From contig CAVUVW010000019.1 in NCBI GenBank assembly GCA_963745035.1, forward strand, positions 192,001 through 256,000: 64,000 nucleotides of DNA, given 5' to 3'. Numbering within the stretch: position 1 is the stretch's first letter; every line of letters begins with the position of its first letter. The DNA comes from an uncultured delta proteobacterium. GTDB lineage: Bacteria > Desulfobacterota > Binatia > UBA9968. A model generated the notes under the pieces. The model did no database searches, was not told where the DNA came from, and saw only the letters and a program-made list of their open reading frames with translations. Of this stretch, positions 21,359 through 33,084 are shown one piece after another. The translations under genes and the position numbers were made by a program.

Positions 21359-22129
21359 TTATAAAAAAGCGACACCGCCGTCGACCGCAACGGTCTGCCC
21401 GGTCATGAAGTCGCTCAGAGGCGAGGCGAGAAATAGCATTGTGCCGACCAAATCCTTGGGCAACTGCACGCGCTTCAAACAGCGATCGCCTACCCGCGCG
21501 CCGCGCATCTTGAGCACTTCCTCGGACGGGTTGTCTTCGGAGAGAGTCGACCCGGGCGCAATCGCGTTGACGTTGATGTTGTCGTCGCCGACTTCGCGCG
21601 CGAGCGTCCGGGTGAAGCCAATGACTCCCGCCTTCGACGTGACGTAATGAATCCGTCCGGCGCTGCCGTTGAGCGCTGTGCCGGATGAGATGTTGATGAT
21701 CTTGCCGGATTTCTGCCGGCGCATCGCCGGCAAGACCGCACGGCAGCAGAAGAACAAACCTTTCAGATTGACCGCCATCATGCGGTCCCACTCGGCCGGG
21801 TCGATGGTGTCGATGCCGCCCCGGTTCATCGGAATGGTCGCGAAAATCGCCGCGTTATTGATCAAGATATCGATGCGACTGAATTTATCGAGGGCGAGCT
21901 TGGCCATGTCCTTGGTCGACGCTTCGTTGGCGACATCAACCTTGGCGGCGAAGGCCTTGCCATCGAACTGCTGCACGATTTCGCCGGCGACTTTCTCCGC
22001 TGCCGGCGCATCGATATCGGCGACCACAACTTTGGCGCCGGCTTCGCCGAAGCCGTGGCAGTAGGCCCGCCCTATGCCATGGCCGCCGCCGGTGACTATG
22101 ACAACTTTATCTTTCAATCCTTCGATCAT
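21359..22129 (-). CDS. SDR family oxidoreductase
   Basis: TGGGHGIG, NNAA, YVTSK. Confidence 0.95.
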   Translation of the reverse strand: MIEGLKDKVVIVTGGGHGIGRAYCHGFGEAGAKVVVADIDAPAAEKVAGEIVQQFDGKAFAAKVDVANEASTKDMAKLALDKFSRIDILINNAAIFATIPMNRGGIDTIDPAEWDRMMAVNLKGLFFCCRAVLPAMRRQKSGKIINISSGTALNGSAGRIHYVTSKAGVIGFTRTLAREVGDDNINVNAIAPGSTLSEDNPSEEVLKMRGARVGDRCLKRVQLPKDLVGTMLFLASPLSDFMTGQTVAVDGGVAFL

Positions 22130-22246
22130 GATCGCTCCTTCGTTTGATTTGCGGTCAAAATAGCCCTAGAAGTTTTAGGGTGTCAAGGTAAGCGCGCGAG
22201 TCAGGTGGTGAACCCATGTTCACTTGCGCTCAAGGCGGAATCTTTG

Positions 22247-22996
22247 ATGAGAGTAGGATCTCGTTTGCCGATCAATTTCTCCAAGCTCCGGCCGGTCGTA
22301 GCGGTGCTGTTGTGTTGGCTGGCCTGTCTAGCCGGTGGGCCACAACCGGCCCACGCGCAGAGCGAAGAGCCGGACAAATTGCCCATGTTCGGCCAGCCGA
22401 AGATACCGCGACCAGATAATCTCAAGAAGGCCGACGAAGAATTTATTCGCGACAGCACGCTGCGCTTCGGAAACAGGGCGGCGGGCAGCAATGCGCTGGC
22501 GACCCAGGGGTGGACCGCGATCCGCGCCAAGCAGCCCGACGTGGCGATGCAGCGCTTCAATCATGCGTGGTTACTGAACCCAAAAAATTTTCGCGTTTTT
22601 TGGGGCTTCGGCGCGCTTCTGAGCGAGCGCGGAAGATTGAAAGAGGCCTTGGAACACCTGGAGACGGCGCGCGAGTTGGTCGATGATCCGGCGCAGCGCG
22701 TCGCGCTGTTGTGCGATCTCGGCACCGTGCACTCCGAATATGCCGTGCGCCTGCCGGCCGATCGCCAGTTGGAGCGCGCGCAGCATTTTGTTCTGGCCAA
22801 TAGCCGTTTCACCGAAAGCCTGGAGAACGATCCCAAGTATGCGATGAGCTGGCGCGAGTGGGCGATGTCGTTGTATGACCAGGAGCGCTATGGCGAGGCC
22901 TGGGTCAAAGTGAAGCAGGCACGGGAAAGCAATGCCGAGCCGTTTCCTTCGGAATTTCTCAAAAAGCTCTCGGCCAAGATGCCGGAGCCAAAATGA
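22247..22996 (+). CDS. Exported TPR-like protein
   Basis: Signal-like segment; LPMFG, AMQRFNHAWLLNP. Confidence 0.7.
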   Translation: MRVGSRLPINFSKLRPVVAVLLCWLACLAGGPQPAHAQSEEPDKLPMFGQPKIPRPDNLKKADEEFIRDSTLRFGNRAAGSNALATQGWTAIRAKQPDVAMQRFNHAWLLNPKNFRVFWGFGALLSERGRLKEALEHLETARELVDDPAQRVALLCDLGTVHSEYAVRLPADRQLERAQHFVLANSRFTESLENDPKYAMSWREWAMSLYDQERYGEAWVKVKQARESNAEPFPSEFLKKLSAKMPEPK

Positions 22997-23159
22997 GCGT
23001 TCTATTTTTCTTGCCGATTCATGACGGCGCAGCTTGAAACCGGATCACTCCCTGTTGAGAATGCGGACTCTCAAGACCGTCAGATTATTTGGCTCGGTCC
23101 AGATCCAGTTGGAGGCCGTGACGCATAACGCTTGCGCCGTCCGACGATAACTCTTCGAG

Positions 23160-23981
23160 TTGATTCTCTTGACTGTCGCGACGCTACGCCAAAATTCCAT
23201 CGAGCCGGACGAAAGACAATCGCCCGATGAGTGGCTCACGGTCTGGGCGGGCATGTTGCCGATTATCCTTTCGGCGCCGCATGGCGGGCGTGACACGATT
23301 CCCGGAGTGGCGGAGCGCCGCGGCATCGGCGTGGCGCAGTTCACCGTCGAGCGTGACAGCAATACCGCTGAGCTGGCGGAAAGTCTGGCCGCCCGGATCG
23401 CCGAGCGCCTGGGCGCCAAGCCGTTTCTCGTCGTCGCTCGCTTCGAACGAAAATACGCGGATGCCAATCGCGCCGAAGGCGCCGCCTTCGAATCCGCGGA
23501 GGCGAAATCTTATTACGATGCCTATCATCGGGCGATGGCTGGCGCGGTTGCGAAGGTTCGGCAAACCTGGAGCGGCGGTTTGCTGCTCGATATTCACGGA
23601 CAGCGAGCGGAAGCCGGTACGATTTTCCGCGGCACTGACAACCGCAAAAGCGTTGCCGCGCTCGAGCGACGATTCGGCACGGAAGCGCTCATCGGAACAA
23701 AGAGTATCTTGGGACAGATGGCGCTGAAAGGCTACAGAGTCGAGCCCGGCGCCGACCATTCGGAACGGCGCTACACCGGTGGCTACACGACGAGGATGTA
23801 TGGCAGCCACCGCGACGACGGCGTCGATGCGATCCAGCTCGAATTCGGCGCCGGCTTGCGCGCAAGGAGAAATATCGAACGCACGGCCGGAGATCTCGCG
23901 CATGGCATCGAGATTTTTTCCCGGAATTATCTGCCGCTCGCCAAAGGTTTCACCAGCGAAACGGCGGCCATGCAGCCTTGA
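23160..23981 (+). CDS. N-formylglutamate amidohydrolase-like protein (start uncertain)
   Basis: LSAPHGG, DANR, LLLDIHG, YTGGYTT, DAIQLE. Confidence 0.8.
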   Translation: MILLTVATLRQNSIEPDERQSPDEWLTVWAGMLPIILSAPHGGRDTIPGVAERRGIGVAQFTVERDSNTAELAESLAARIAERLGAKPFLVVARFERKYADANRAEGAAFESAEAKSYYDAYHRAMAGAVAKVRQTWSGGLLLDIHGQRAEAGTIFRGTDNRKSVAALERRFGTEALIGTKSILGQMALKGYRVEPGADHSERRYTGGYTTRMYGSHRDDGVDAIQLEFGAGLRARRNIERTAGDLAHGIEIFSRNYLPLAKGFTSETAAMQP

Positions 23982-24133
23982 CACCGAGGCGGCAAACCTC
24001 GCATTGATATTTTCGCTTACGTCGATGCTCGCGGCGCGGCTCAGGCCGGCTTGTCAGCAGGGCTGGTCTGGAATTACCGCGCGATCCCAGCCAGAATAGC
24101 TGCTCCAGTATTCGGTCGTTTGAGGTGGAAGCC

Positions 24134-25218
24134 ATGTCTGAAAACTCAGTATTCGACTCGGCCAAAGCCAACGCCTTTGCCGAGCGCTTGTTGGGCACGC
24201 TCAACCACGGCGCGCTTTGCTTGATGATCTCGGTCGGCCATCGCACCGGTTTGTTCGATGCGATGCGGCAGATGGCGCCGGCGACGTCGGCGGAGATCGC
24301 CGCGAAAGCAGCGCTCAACGAGCGCTACGTGCGCGAGTGGCTGGGCGCGATGGTTACCGGCCGGGTGATCGATGTCGATTCGGCTACCGGACGATTTGCC
24401 TTGCCGAAGGAGCACGCGGCGTTTCTTTCCCGGCCCGCGGGCGCGGATAATCTAGCCGTGTTCGCCCAGTACATTCCGCTTCTCGGAAGCGTCGAAGACG
24501 AGATCGTGGAGTGTTTCAAAAAAGGCGGCGGCGTTCCTTATGCGAAGTTTCCACGCTTCCACGACGTCATGGCGGAGGACAGCGGCCAATCGGTGTTGTC
24601 GTCGTTGGAAACGCACATCATCCCTTTGGTGCCGGGTTTGGCCGAACGTTTCGACGTCGGGATCCAGATGCTCGACGTCGGCTGCGGCCGCGGGCGGATT
24701 ATCAACCGGCTGGCCGAGCTTTATCCGAAGAGCCGTTTCACCGGCATCGACCTATCGAGCGAAGCGATTCTTTCGGCGTGGGAAGAAGCTGCAGAAAAGA
24801 AATTGCGCAACGTTGAATTTATCGTCGTCCGACTTGAGCCGTTTCGACGAGAACGCGGAATTCGAGGCCTTCGATTTCGTCACTACCTTTGACGCCGTTC
24901 ATGACCAGGCCAAACCCCTCAACGTGCTACGCGGGATTCACCGCACGCTCCGGCCCACCGGCGTTTATCTGATGCAGGACATCAAAGGGTCAAGTCATGT
25001 TCACAAAAACCTGGATCATCCGCTCGGTCCATTTCTGTATACGGTTTCGTGCATGCATTGTATGACGGTGTCGCTGGCGCAGAACGGAGAAGGGCTGGGG
25101 GCGATGTGGGGCGAGGAAAAAACGCGGGAGTATCTCGAGAAAGCGGGTTTCCGATCAGTGGAAAAAAATGAGCTGGCTCACGATATTCAAAACAACTGGT
25201 ACGTCGTTACGAAAATAG
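24134..25218 (+). CDS. HTH-fused class I SAM-dependent methyltransferase (frameshift near 24830)
   Basis: [44 protein letters not shown]. Confidence 0.85.
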
Positions 25219-25231
25219 GTAGGTTGAAGAA

Positions 25232-25302
25232 TTGGAGTGTTGGAGTAATGGAGTATTGGGTTAACGTCCATCACTCCATACTCCAGTACTCCATCACTCC
25301 AG
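25232..25302. repeat. GGAGTAAT-family full inverted element between convergent genes
   Basis: ttggagtgttggagtaatggagtattggg ... ccatcactccatactccagtactccatcactccag. Confidence 0.9.
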
Positions 25303-25308
25303 TCTGTT

Positions 25309-26141
25309 CTACGCGTCGATGGTTTGCCCGCCGTCGACCACCAGCGCGTGGCCGGTGACGAACGAAGCTTCCTCGGAAACTAAAAACAAAACGCCATAAG
25401 CGATCTCTTCCGGACGTCCCATGCGCAGCAGCGCTTTGTTGCTGCGCGCCCATGGTTTTTCTCTGTTCCTCGGTCATGCCTTCGCCGAGCGTCGGTCTGG
25501 GCGGGAAGCCGCGGAAGCGCGGCGTCTCGATGGCGCCGGGGCAGACGCAGTTGATTCGGATTCCCAGCGGGCCGTAGTCGAGCGCCATCTCGCGCGTCAG
25601 ATTGATGATCGCCGCCTTGGTGGCGCAGTAGCCCGGATACTCCGGGCGACGCCAGCAAGCCGAAGGTCGACGCGGTCGTCACCACGTTACCGCTCTTCTG
25701 CTTGATGAAGTGCGGCATCACCGCGCGCGCGCCGCGAAACATCGCGTTCAAATTGGTATTCAAGACAAAGTTCCATTCCTCGTCGGTGTGTTCGTGGATT
25801 TTTTTCCGAATACCGGCGCCGGCGTTGTTGTAAAGAATATCGACGCGACCGAACTGATCGACCGCGCTCTTCACCGCATTGTCCAGGTCTTCCTGCTTTG
25901 TGACGTCGCACTGAAGGAACAGCGCTTCGCCGCCTTCCTTGTCCTTGATCAGTTGGTCGATGCGCGGCGAGATGGTTTCCTGAATGTCGCAGCAGACGAC
26001 CTTCGCGCCTTCACGCCCGAACAATCGCGCCGTCGCGCGGCCGATGCCGCTGTTCGCTCCGGTGATGATCGCCACTTTGCCTTTGAGTCTTCCCAGTCCA
26101 GGCCGCAGTAGAGCGTGTTCGTCTGTCAGAATTTCAGCCAT
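25309..26141 (-). CDS. SDR family oxidoreductase (frameshifts near 25640 and 25450)
   Basis: [17 protein letters not shown] in shifted frame, [11 protein letters not shown]. Confidence 0.9.
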
Positions 26142-26224
26142 GAATTTGCCTCCTGGCACTTGCGTGTGAAGTTCTACGTTTCCTTAGCGCAGCCAGGCGA
26201 GGAATTTCAACTGGCGCGGCAAGA

Positions 26225-26306
26225 TTGGAGTATTGGAGTAGTGGAGTGCTGGAGTGATGGGTTTTCGGAAGCCCAAAACTCCAGGACTCCATACTCCAAC
26301 ACTCCA
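26225..26306. repeat. GGAGTAAT-family full inverted element
   Basis: ttggagtattggagtagtggagtgctggagtgatggg ... cccaaaactccaggactccatactccaacactcca. Confidence 0.9.
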
Positions 26307-26312
26307 GGATGG

Positions 26313-27299
26313 TTACTTCTTGTACAGCTGCTTGATCAATCCCGAGGCTTCGATCTCCTTGACCAGGCTCAAATCCACAAACGTTTTCGGGTCGGCGCTT
26401 GCGGCTTTGGGGTTTTTCGCCAGGTCATCGAGCATGGTCTTCACGCCGTCCGCCGTCGGATAGGGTACTTCGGGGAAGACGTTGGAATAGTCTTTGTACG
26501 CGCGTTCCAGTCCTTCGGGATCGGACACGCCCAGGTTTTTCTTGAATAGCCCTTTGGCGTATTCCTTTTCGGTTTTGATGATATGAATGGCCTGGACCAT
26601 CGCGCGGGTGAGTTTTAGCATTAGCGGTCTTTTGGCTTTGATGATCGCTTCGCGGCTCAGGATGCCGTTCCACCAAAAAGGAATTTTCAGATCGGTGATG
26701 TTGTAAAGATTGCGGAAGCCGAGTTTTTCCGCCTGAGTCAAGAAGGGCTCCGGAATGATCGTGAACTGCGTTATGCCTTTTGACAGCGCCGCGAATCTTT
26801 CCGCGGTGCCGCCGGTGGGGATGATTTTTACGTCCTTGTCCGGGTCAACGCCAAGTTTTCTCAGTGCCAACCGGAGCCCTAGATCAGATGTGCTGCCCAG
26901 ACGATTGACTCCGGCGGTTTTGCCTTTGAGTTGCTCGACCGCGGTGATGTTGGACAATGACACAATATGATCGACGAAAGTCGGCACGACGCCGACGATC
27001 ATCACGGTGTCCGCGCCCTGCAGGCGCGAGCTGGTGAGCGTCGTCACCGAGATGCTCGCGGCGTCGATTTCGTTGGCTAAAAGCGCCTGCAGAACCGTTG
27101 GGCTCGCGCTGATGGCGATGATCTCCGGCTCGACGCCCTGTTTCTGCAGAAGCTTTCGATCTTCCATCACCCAGATCGGGCTGTTGGTCGGGCTGAAGCC
27201 GGCCCAGGCAAGCCTGAGTCTTTCCTGTGCGATTGCCGGCGAGCTCGCGATCGCCATGACAACGAGCGCGAGGAATGAAAAGGTCCATCGCTTCCGCAT
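26313..27299 (-). CDS. NitT/TauT-family ABC substrate-binding protein
   Basis: Signal peptide; LKGKTAGVNRLGSTSD. Confidence 0.85.
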   Translation of the reverse strand: MRKRWTFSFLALVVMAIASSPAIAQERLRLAWAGFSPTNSPIWVMEDRKLLQKQGVEPEIIAISASPTVLQALLANEIDAASISVTTLTSSRLQGADTVMIVGVVPTFVDHIVSLSNITAVEQLKGKTAGVNRLGSTSDLGLRLALRKLGVDPDKDVKIIPTGGTAERFAALSKGITQFTIIPEPFLTQAEKLGFRNLYNITDLKIPFWWNGILSREAIIKAKRPLMLKLTRAMVQAIHIIKTEKEYAKGLFKKNLGVSDPEGLERAYKDYSNVFPEVPYPTADGVKTMLDDLAKNPKAASADPKTFVDLSLVKEIEASGLIKQLYKK

Positions 27300-27568
27300 G
27301 ATCTCTTACCTCCAAGCCACGATCTATTGCGCGCAGGGTGACATATTGCTCCAAAAAAGAGTTGGGTCAAGACACCGGCTAGATAAGGCCGCAGTAAACA
27401 TTCAATCGCTGTCGCTGGTCTTTCGTTGCTTGGTTCGTCACTGTTGCAGGCAAGCACCGGGATTCCCGGCGAATCGCCGTTACCTTGCTGATGAATTTCG
27501 CTGTCGCTACGTTGACTCAATGTACCATTTGGTATACTAGAGGCACGTCTCAAAGGACGGACTTCATC

Positions 27569-28540
27569 ATGGCTAAGAAGGGGATACTCGTCACCGGCGG
27601 CACCGGACTGGTGGGCGCTTACGCGGTGGGTATGCTGCTCGATCGCGGCGAGCGGCCTGTGGTTTTCGACGTGGCGCTCAACGAGCGGCTGTTAAGCGCC
27701 GTCGGCGTCGATCCCGCCAAGGTCACCCTGATTCGCGGCGATATGATGGATTTACCGGCGCTCATCTCAGCCATTCGCGACAACGACTGTGATCGCATCA
27801 TTCACTTGGCGGCTTTTCTGGGCGAAGAAGTCCAGCGCCGGCCGTACAGCGGCGTGCGCTTGAATTTCATGGGCACGATCAACGTCTTCGAGGCCGCCAG
27901 ATTAGAAAAAATCGCGCGGGTGATTTTCCCCAGCTCCGGAACCGTGTATCTAGGCTCGCTCGGCGAAGGACTTGGCAAGATCGACGAGTCCATTCCGATG
28001 AATCCGCCGTCGGTTTACGCCGCCACCAAGGCGAGCTGCGAGTTCATGGGCCGCGCCTACGCCAAGCGATACGGCTTTGAATTTATTTGTCTGCGCTACA
28101 CCGGCGGTCTCTACGGGCCTTCGCCGGCGGCGCTCAAGGCCACGCGCGAGATCGCCATCCAGCAAATGATCCGCGCAGCCGTAAAAGGCGAATCGGCAAA
28201 AATCGGTTGGCCCTACGGACCGGCAGAGATTCTCTACGGCAAAGACGCGGCCAAGGGGACGGTCTTGGCCGTGTTGAAAGACAAGTTCAAAGACAGCCTC
28301 TTTCACATCGGCAACGGCAATACCCTGAGCGGCGATGATATCGTCGCCGCGGTGCGAAAAGTGTTCCCAGGATCGAATATCGAGCTGATCAAGGGAAACA
28401 ACCCGATGCCGTACCCCGAATCCCGCCTGGCCAGCGATTTCTCCCGGGCCAAAGACCAGCTCGATTATGAGCCTGAATATACCATCGAAAAAGCGGTCGC
28501 GGACTACGGCGCGACGTTAAAAAGGCTCGAGAATATTTGA
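27569..28540 (+). CDS. NAD-dependent epimerase/dehydratase
   Basis: VTGGTGLVG, HLAA, YAATK. Confidence 0.9.
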   Translation: MAKKGILVTGGTGLVGAYAVGMLLDRGERPVVFDVALNERLLSAVGVDPAKVTLIRGDMMDLPALISAIRDNDCDRIIHLAAFLGEEVQRRPYSGVRLNFMGTINVFEAARLEKIARVIFPSSGTVYLGSLGEGLGKIDESIPMNPPSVYAATKASCEFMGRAYAKRYGFEFICLRYTGGLYGPSPAALKATREIAIQQMIRAAVKGESAKIGWPYGPAEILYGKDAAKGTVLAVLKDKFKDSLFHIGNGNTLSGDDIVAAVRKVFPGSNIELIKGNNPMPYPESRLASDFSRAKDQLDYEPEYTIEKAVADYGATLKRLENI

Positions 28541-28658
28541 AGCTCGGCAAATTGAGCGCTGAAGTTTCCATCCATGCGATTCGTCTAATGAATGGCGTGG
28601 CCGGTCCACGACGCCGGCGAAGACTCCAGGCGGTAGAAAAGGGGGCTGCAAGCTCGTT

Positions 28659-29736
28659 ATGAGACTCAAATCACTCTTTGTTGCCGGCTTCTTTGCCCTG
28701 TGGGTTCTGCCCGGCGCTGCATTCGCCGCTCAAGCGACCAAACCGGCATTCGACGAGAAGGCGGTTGCCACTTTCTATCAGGGCAAGACCGTGCGCATCG
28801 TCGTCGGCTTCTCGGCCGGCGGCGGCTACGATCAGTACTCCCGCATGATCGCGCGCCATCTCTCCAAATACATTCCCGGCAATCCGTCGGTGATCGTCGA
28901 CAACATGCCCGGGGTCGGCAGCATCATCGCGGCGAACCATGTGTTCAACGCCGCGCCGAAGGACGGCACCATCGTCGGCAATATTTCCGGACCCATCGTA
29001 CTCGAGCAACTGTTCGGCGCGCCGTCGGTGCAGTTCGACATGACGAAGTTTCGTTATCTGGCAGTGCCGGTCAGTGAAAGTTATATGATGATCGTCCACA
29101 AGCGGACCGGCGTCACCAAGTTAGATGATCTGCGCGGTGAAAAAGCCAAACAAGTGAGCATGGGCGCGATTCCGGGTTCGACGGTAGAACACGCGCCGAT
29201 CCTGGTTAAGGAAGCCCTTAATCTGAATCTCAAGGTCGTTTCCGGCTACAAAGGCACGGCGGATGTCAGGCTCGCTCTCGATAGCGGCGAGGTCGATGGT
29301 TTCTTCAACACTTGGGTATCATCGAAAATAACGTCTTACGACAAGATCAAAAGCGGTGAATGGGTTTTGCTGGCGCAGATGACCGAGAAGCCGATGAAGG
29401 ATCTCATCATACCCAACGTGCCGACGATTCAGATGATCGCTCGCTCTGAAGAGCAGCGCCTATTGCTGAAGCATGGCACCAGCACTCCGAATGATTTCGG
29501 CAAAGTTTATGTGTTGCCGCCGGGCTGTTCCTGCTGATCGCAGCCAGGCTCTGGAAACCGCGTTTGCCCGTGTCTTCAACGATAAAGAGCTGCGCGCCGA
29601 CGCGGAGAAGGGGAAGTTGGAAATCGATCCGCTGATCGGCAATTCCATACAGAAACTGGTGGTCGAGTTCTTAGGCATGCCGGTAGACTTGAAAAACAAG
29701 CTCCAGACGGTGCTCAAGCCGCCGGCAAAGAAATAG
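28659..29736 (+). CDS. Tripartite tricarboxylate transporter (TctC/Bug) binding protein (frameshift near 29525)
   Basis: VGFSAGGGYD, VDNMPGVG, GYKGTADVRLALDSGEVDG. Confidence 0.9.
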
Positions 29737-29776
29737 CCCGGTATGCGATGTACGCTTACTTAATAAGGAGGATTTT

Positions 29777-30793
29777 ATGCAGAAAACGGTAATGGGACTG
29801 CTCGCCGGCATCGGCGCGCTGCTTTTGCAGCTCGCAGCGTCGCCGGTTTTGGCTCAGACCGAAAGCATCGAAGAGCTCTATAAAAAGGCGCTCAAAGAGT
29901 CGGGCGTACTGAACTGCTACTGCTCGCTTGCTCAGATCAATGCGGAGAAGATCTATCCGGTGTTCGAAAAGCGTTTCCCGGGCATTAAGATCAATCACGT
30001 CGATGCCACTTCTGACAAGTTATCCGCCCGTGCTATCACGGAAGCCCGCGGTGGCAAAACACTCGCCGACGTTGTCGAGTTCGGCCTGGAAGACATCAAC
30101 AAGATTCACGAGCAGGGGCTGATCCTCGACAAGGCGCCGCCGGAAGCCGCCGCTTACCCGGCGAATTTAAAAGGTTCGTATTGGACGGCAAACAATCTGA
30201 TCTTCTTCGTCGGCGCTTGGAATACCGACAAGGTCAAGAAAGAGGAGGAGCCGAAGTTTCTCGACGATTTCGGCGACCCGCGCTGGAAGGGGCGCCTGAT
30301 TGCCGAACCGAGGGATTACGAGATCCTGGTTGCGCTCACCCATAAGCACAAGAGCCTGGAGAAAGCGCGGGCGGTGCTTGCCCGGATCGCGGCGAACAAC
30401 GTCGAATTCCACAAAGGCCATTCGCAGCTCGCCGAGCTTTTGGTCGCTGGGCAGGCGGCAGCCTGCTTCACCTGTTACTCGCACCATTACCCCTCGCGCA
30501 AGCGCAAAGGCGCACCCGTGGACTACATGTTGAGCGAAGGCGCCGCGGGAATCATCGCGGTGGCCGTCATGAAAAATGCCCCCAATCCGAATACTGCCTG
30601 GCTCTTTAACCGCTGGGCGGCTTCGGAGGAAGGGCAGGCGGTCTATTCCAAAGGCGGCAGAACACCGGCCCATCCAAAGGTGGAGCTGACCGAGAAGATT
30701 CGGCCTGCGGTCATTTATCCCGTCGGTGTGGAAGACCTGAAGCAGTACACCAAATACGAAAAAGCCTGGAAAGAAGTATTCAAGCTCAGATAG
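29777..30793 (+). CDS. Fe3+/AfuA-like ABC extracellular solute-binding protein, paralog 1
   Basis: Signal peptide; FEKRFPGIKINHVD, CFTCYSHH, ends KEVFKLR. Confidence 0.9.
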   Translation: MQKTVMGLLAGIGALLLQLAASPVLAQTESIEELYKKALKESGVLNCYCSLAQINAEKIYPVFEKRFPGIKINHVDATSDKLSARAITEARGGKTLADVVEFGLEDINKIHEQGLILDKAPPEAAAYPANLKGSYWTANNLIFFVGAWNTDKVKKEEEPKFLDDFGDPRWKGRLIAEPRDYEILVALTHKHKSLEKARAVLARIAANNVEFHKGHSQLAELLVAGQAAACFTCYSHHYPSRKRKGAPVDYMLSEGAAGIIAVAVMKNAPNPNTAWLFNRWAASEEGQAVYSKGGRTPAHPKVELTEKIRPAVIYPVGVEDLKQYTKYEKAWKEVFKLR

Positions 30794-30839
30794 ACGGAGT
30801 AACCCGACAACATCAAAGAAAGTTATATTGGGAGGCCTT

Positions 30840-31856
30840 ATGTTTGGCATATCCTCATTTACGATCGGAAGTTTCGTGTCGGGCGTCTTGCTTCTTGCGG
30901 CGGTTTCGACGGCAGGCGCTCAGAGCTTGGAGGAACTGCACAAAGCGGCGATCAAAGAAGGCGGGACAGTCAATTTCTACGGCACTCTGGCGCAAATCAA
31001 CGCGGAAAGAATTCTTCCCGTATTTGAGAAACGCTTTCCCGGCATGAAAGTCAATCACGTCGATGCCACCGCCGACAAGCTCGCCGCCAGAGCGATCACC
31101 GAAGCGCGCGGTGGCCGAGTGTTGGCCGACGTTTTTCAGATGGCGCTTGAAAACGTCTTGCAGGTGATCGATCAGAAGCTGACTGTCGACTGGCTTCCGT
31201 CTGAGGCGGCTGCCTATCCAGCGAATTTTAAAGGGCCAAATTGGCTGGCTGCTGACATGGTGATCATCACCGCGGCGTGGAATACCAGCCAAGTGAAGAA
31301 GGAAGATGAGCCTAAGCAGTTCGATGACTTCGCCGATCCCAAGTGGAAAGGGAAAATGATCGCGGAGGGCAGGGACGTTGAATTGTTGATCGGCCTGGCT
31401 CGCCACAAATACAAGAACGACGAAAAGGCATTTGACTTTATACGCAAGCTCGCGGCGAATAACGTCGAATTCCATAAGGGCCATTCCGAGCTCGCGGAAT
31501 TTCTGGTCGCGGGCCAGGCGGCCGCATGCATAACCTGTTATGCGCATCACTATCCGCCGCGGATCAAAAAGGGTGCTCCGCTTGGATACATGCTCAGCGA
31601 AGGTATTGCGACGATCACGGCGAACGCTCTGGCCAAAGACGCTCCGCATCCCAACGCGGCGCGGCTGTTTTATCGCTGGTCCGCCAGTGAGGAAGGCCAA
31701 AAAGCTTATGCAGAGGGAGGCCGCTTGCCGCCGCATCCAAAGGTCGAGCCCAGGGAGAAAATCCGCCCGGCGGTGCTCTATCCAATCGGTACGGAAGAGA
31801 TTAAGGAATGGAAAAAGTACGAAAAGATCTGGAAGGAGATTTTTAAACTGCGTTAG
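30840..31856 (+). CDS. ABC extracellular solute-binding protein, paralog 2
   Basis: CITCYAHH, ends KEIFKLR. Confidence 0.9.
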   Translation: MFGISSFTIGSFVSGVLLLAAVSTAGAQSLEELHKAAIKEGGTVNFYGTLAQINAERILPVFEKRFPGMKVNHVDATADKLAARAITEARGGRVLADVFQMALENVLQVIDQKLTVDWLPSEAAAYPANFKGPNWLAADMVIITAAWNTSQVKKEDEPKQFDDFADPKWKGKMIAEGRDVELLIGLARHKYKNDEKAFDFIRKLAANNVEFHKGHSELAEFLVAGQAAACITCYAHHYPPRIKKGAPLGYMLSEGIATITANALAKDAPHPNAARLFYRWSASEEGQKAYAEGGRLPPHPKVEPREKIRPAVLYPIGTEEIKEWKKYEKIWKEIFKLR

Positions 31857-31885
31857 CGGATATTCGGTTTAAGTACGGAGTTCCT

Positions 31886-32892
31886 ATGCGACGAACTTTG
31901 CTATGCTTTGGTTGCGTCTTGCTCATTCTGTTTTCGAGCACCGGGAGTCCATGGACAAACGCTGGAGGAGCTTCACAAGCTCGCGTTGAAGGAAGGCGGC
32001 ACGCTCAATTTCTACGGCGTGCTGGCGCAGATCAACGCGGAGAGAATCCTGCCGGTATTCGAGAAGCGTTTTCCGGGGATCAAGGTCAATCACGTCGATG
32101 CCACAGCCGATAAGCTCGCCGCCAGAGCGATCACCGAGGCGCGCGGCGGCCGGGTCTTGGCCGATATCTTCCAGATGGGTCTTGAAAATGTCCTTCAGGT
32201 GGCCGAGCAGAAGCTGACGATCGATTGGCTGCCACCCGAAGCCGCGGCATACCCGGCCAATCTCAAGGGAAGCTATTGGTTGGCCACGGATATGCTCTTT
32301 ATCATCCCCGCCTGGAACACCAATGCGGTCAAGAAAGAGGATGAGCCGAGGCAGATTCGAAGACTTCGCCGACGCCAAATGGAAGGGCAAGCTGATCGCC
32401 GAGCCGCGCGATGTCGAATTGCTCATCGGACTGGCGAGACATAAATACAAAAACGACGAGAAAGCGATTGAGTTCATCCGTAAGCTCGCGGCCAACAATG
32501 TCGAATTTCACAAGGGCCACTCGGAGCTCGCCGAGTTTCTCGTAGCCGGGCAGGCGGCTGCCTGTGTCACTTGCTATGCCCATCATTTTCCGCCGCGAAT
32601 CAGGAAAGGCGCGCCGCTGGGCTATATGCTGACCGAAGGCCCGGCGACGCTCTCCGGAACTGCGCTCTCGAAGGACGCGCCCCACCCGAATACCGCGCGA
32701 TTATTCTTCCGTTGGACGGCGAGCGAAGAAGGCCAGAAGGTCTATGGCGCCGGCGGGCGTACGCCGTCGCACCCCAATGTCGAACCCAGGGAGAAGATTC
32801 GCCCGGCGACGATCTATCCCATCGGTACGGAAGAGATCAAGGAGTGGCGCCGCTATGAAAAATCTTGGAAAGAGATTTTCAAGCTGCGTTAA
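31886..32892 (+). CDS. ABC extracellular solute-binding protein, paralog 3 (two frameshifts)
   Basis: ORFs 31886, 31908 and 32323 join; CVTCYAHH, ends KEIFKLR. Confidence 0.85.
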
Positions 32893-33084
32893 CTGCTGAA
32901 ACGTGAGTTGCTGATCTGCTGTGCCTAAAACAGAGCCTTGTCGCTTCTTACGCATGGCACCCATGCCCGACGGTGCAGCATGCATGGTCCCGTGCCATTG
33001 ATATTGACTCGCAACGATTAATGGTATTAGTTAACGCGCGACTCGCTAGGGCCGCAACATTCCTGTCAGTCGGAGGTTGTTTAA

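Noticed and set aside
20025-21791. 588-aa ORF and other long overlapping or antisense ORFs
   Set aside because: Shadow frames of GC-rich genes joined by frameshifts; only the hydrolase segment is meaningful
25232-26306. GGAGT repeats as a CRISPR array
   Set aside because: Units are 8 bp, degenerate and lack unique spacers; no cas genes are present
30460-30490. CxxC motif as a c-type heme attachment site
   Set aside because: The motif is CxxCY, not CxxCH
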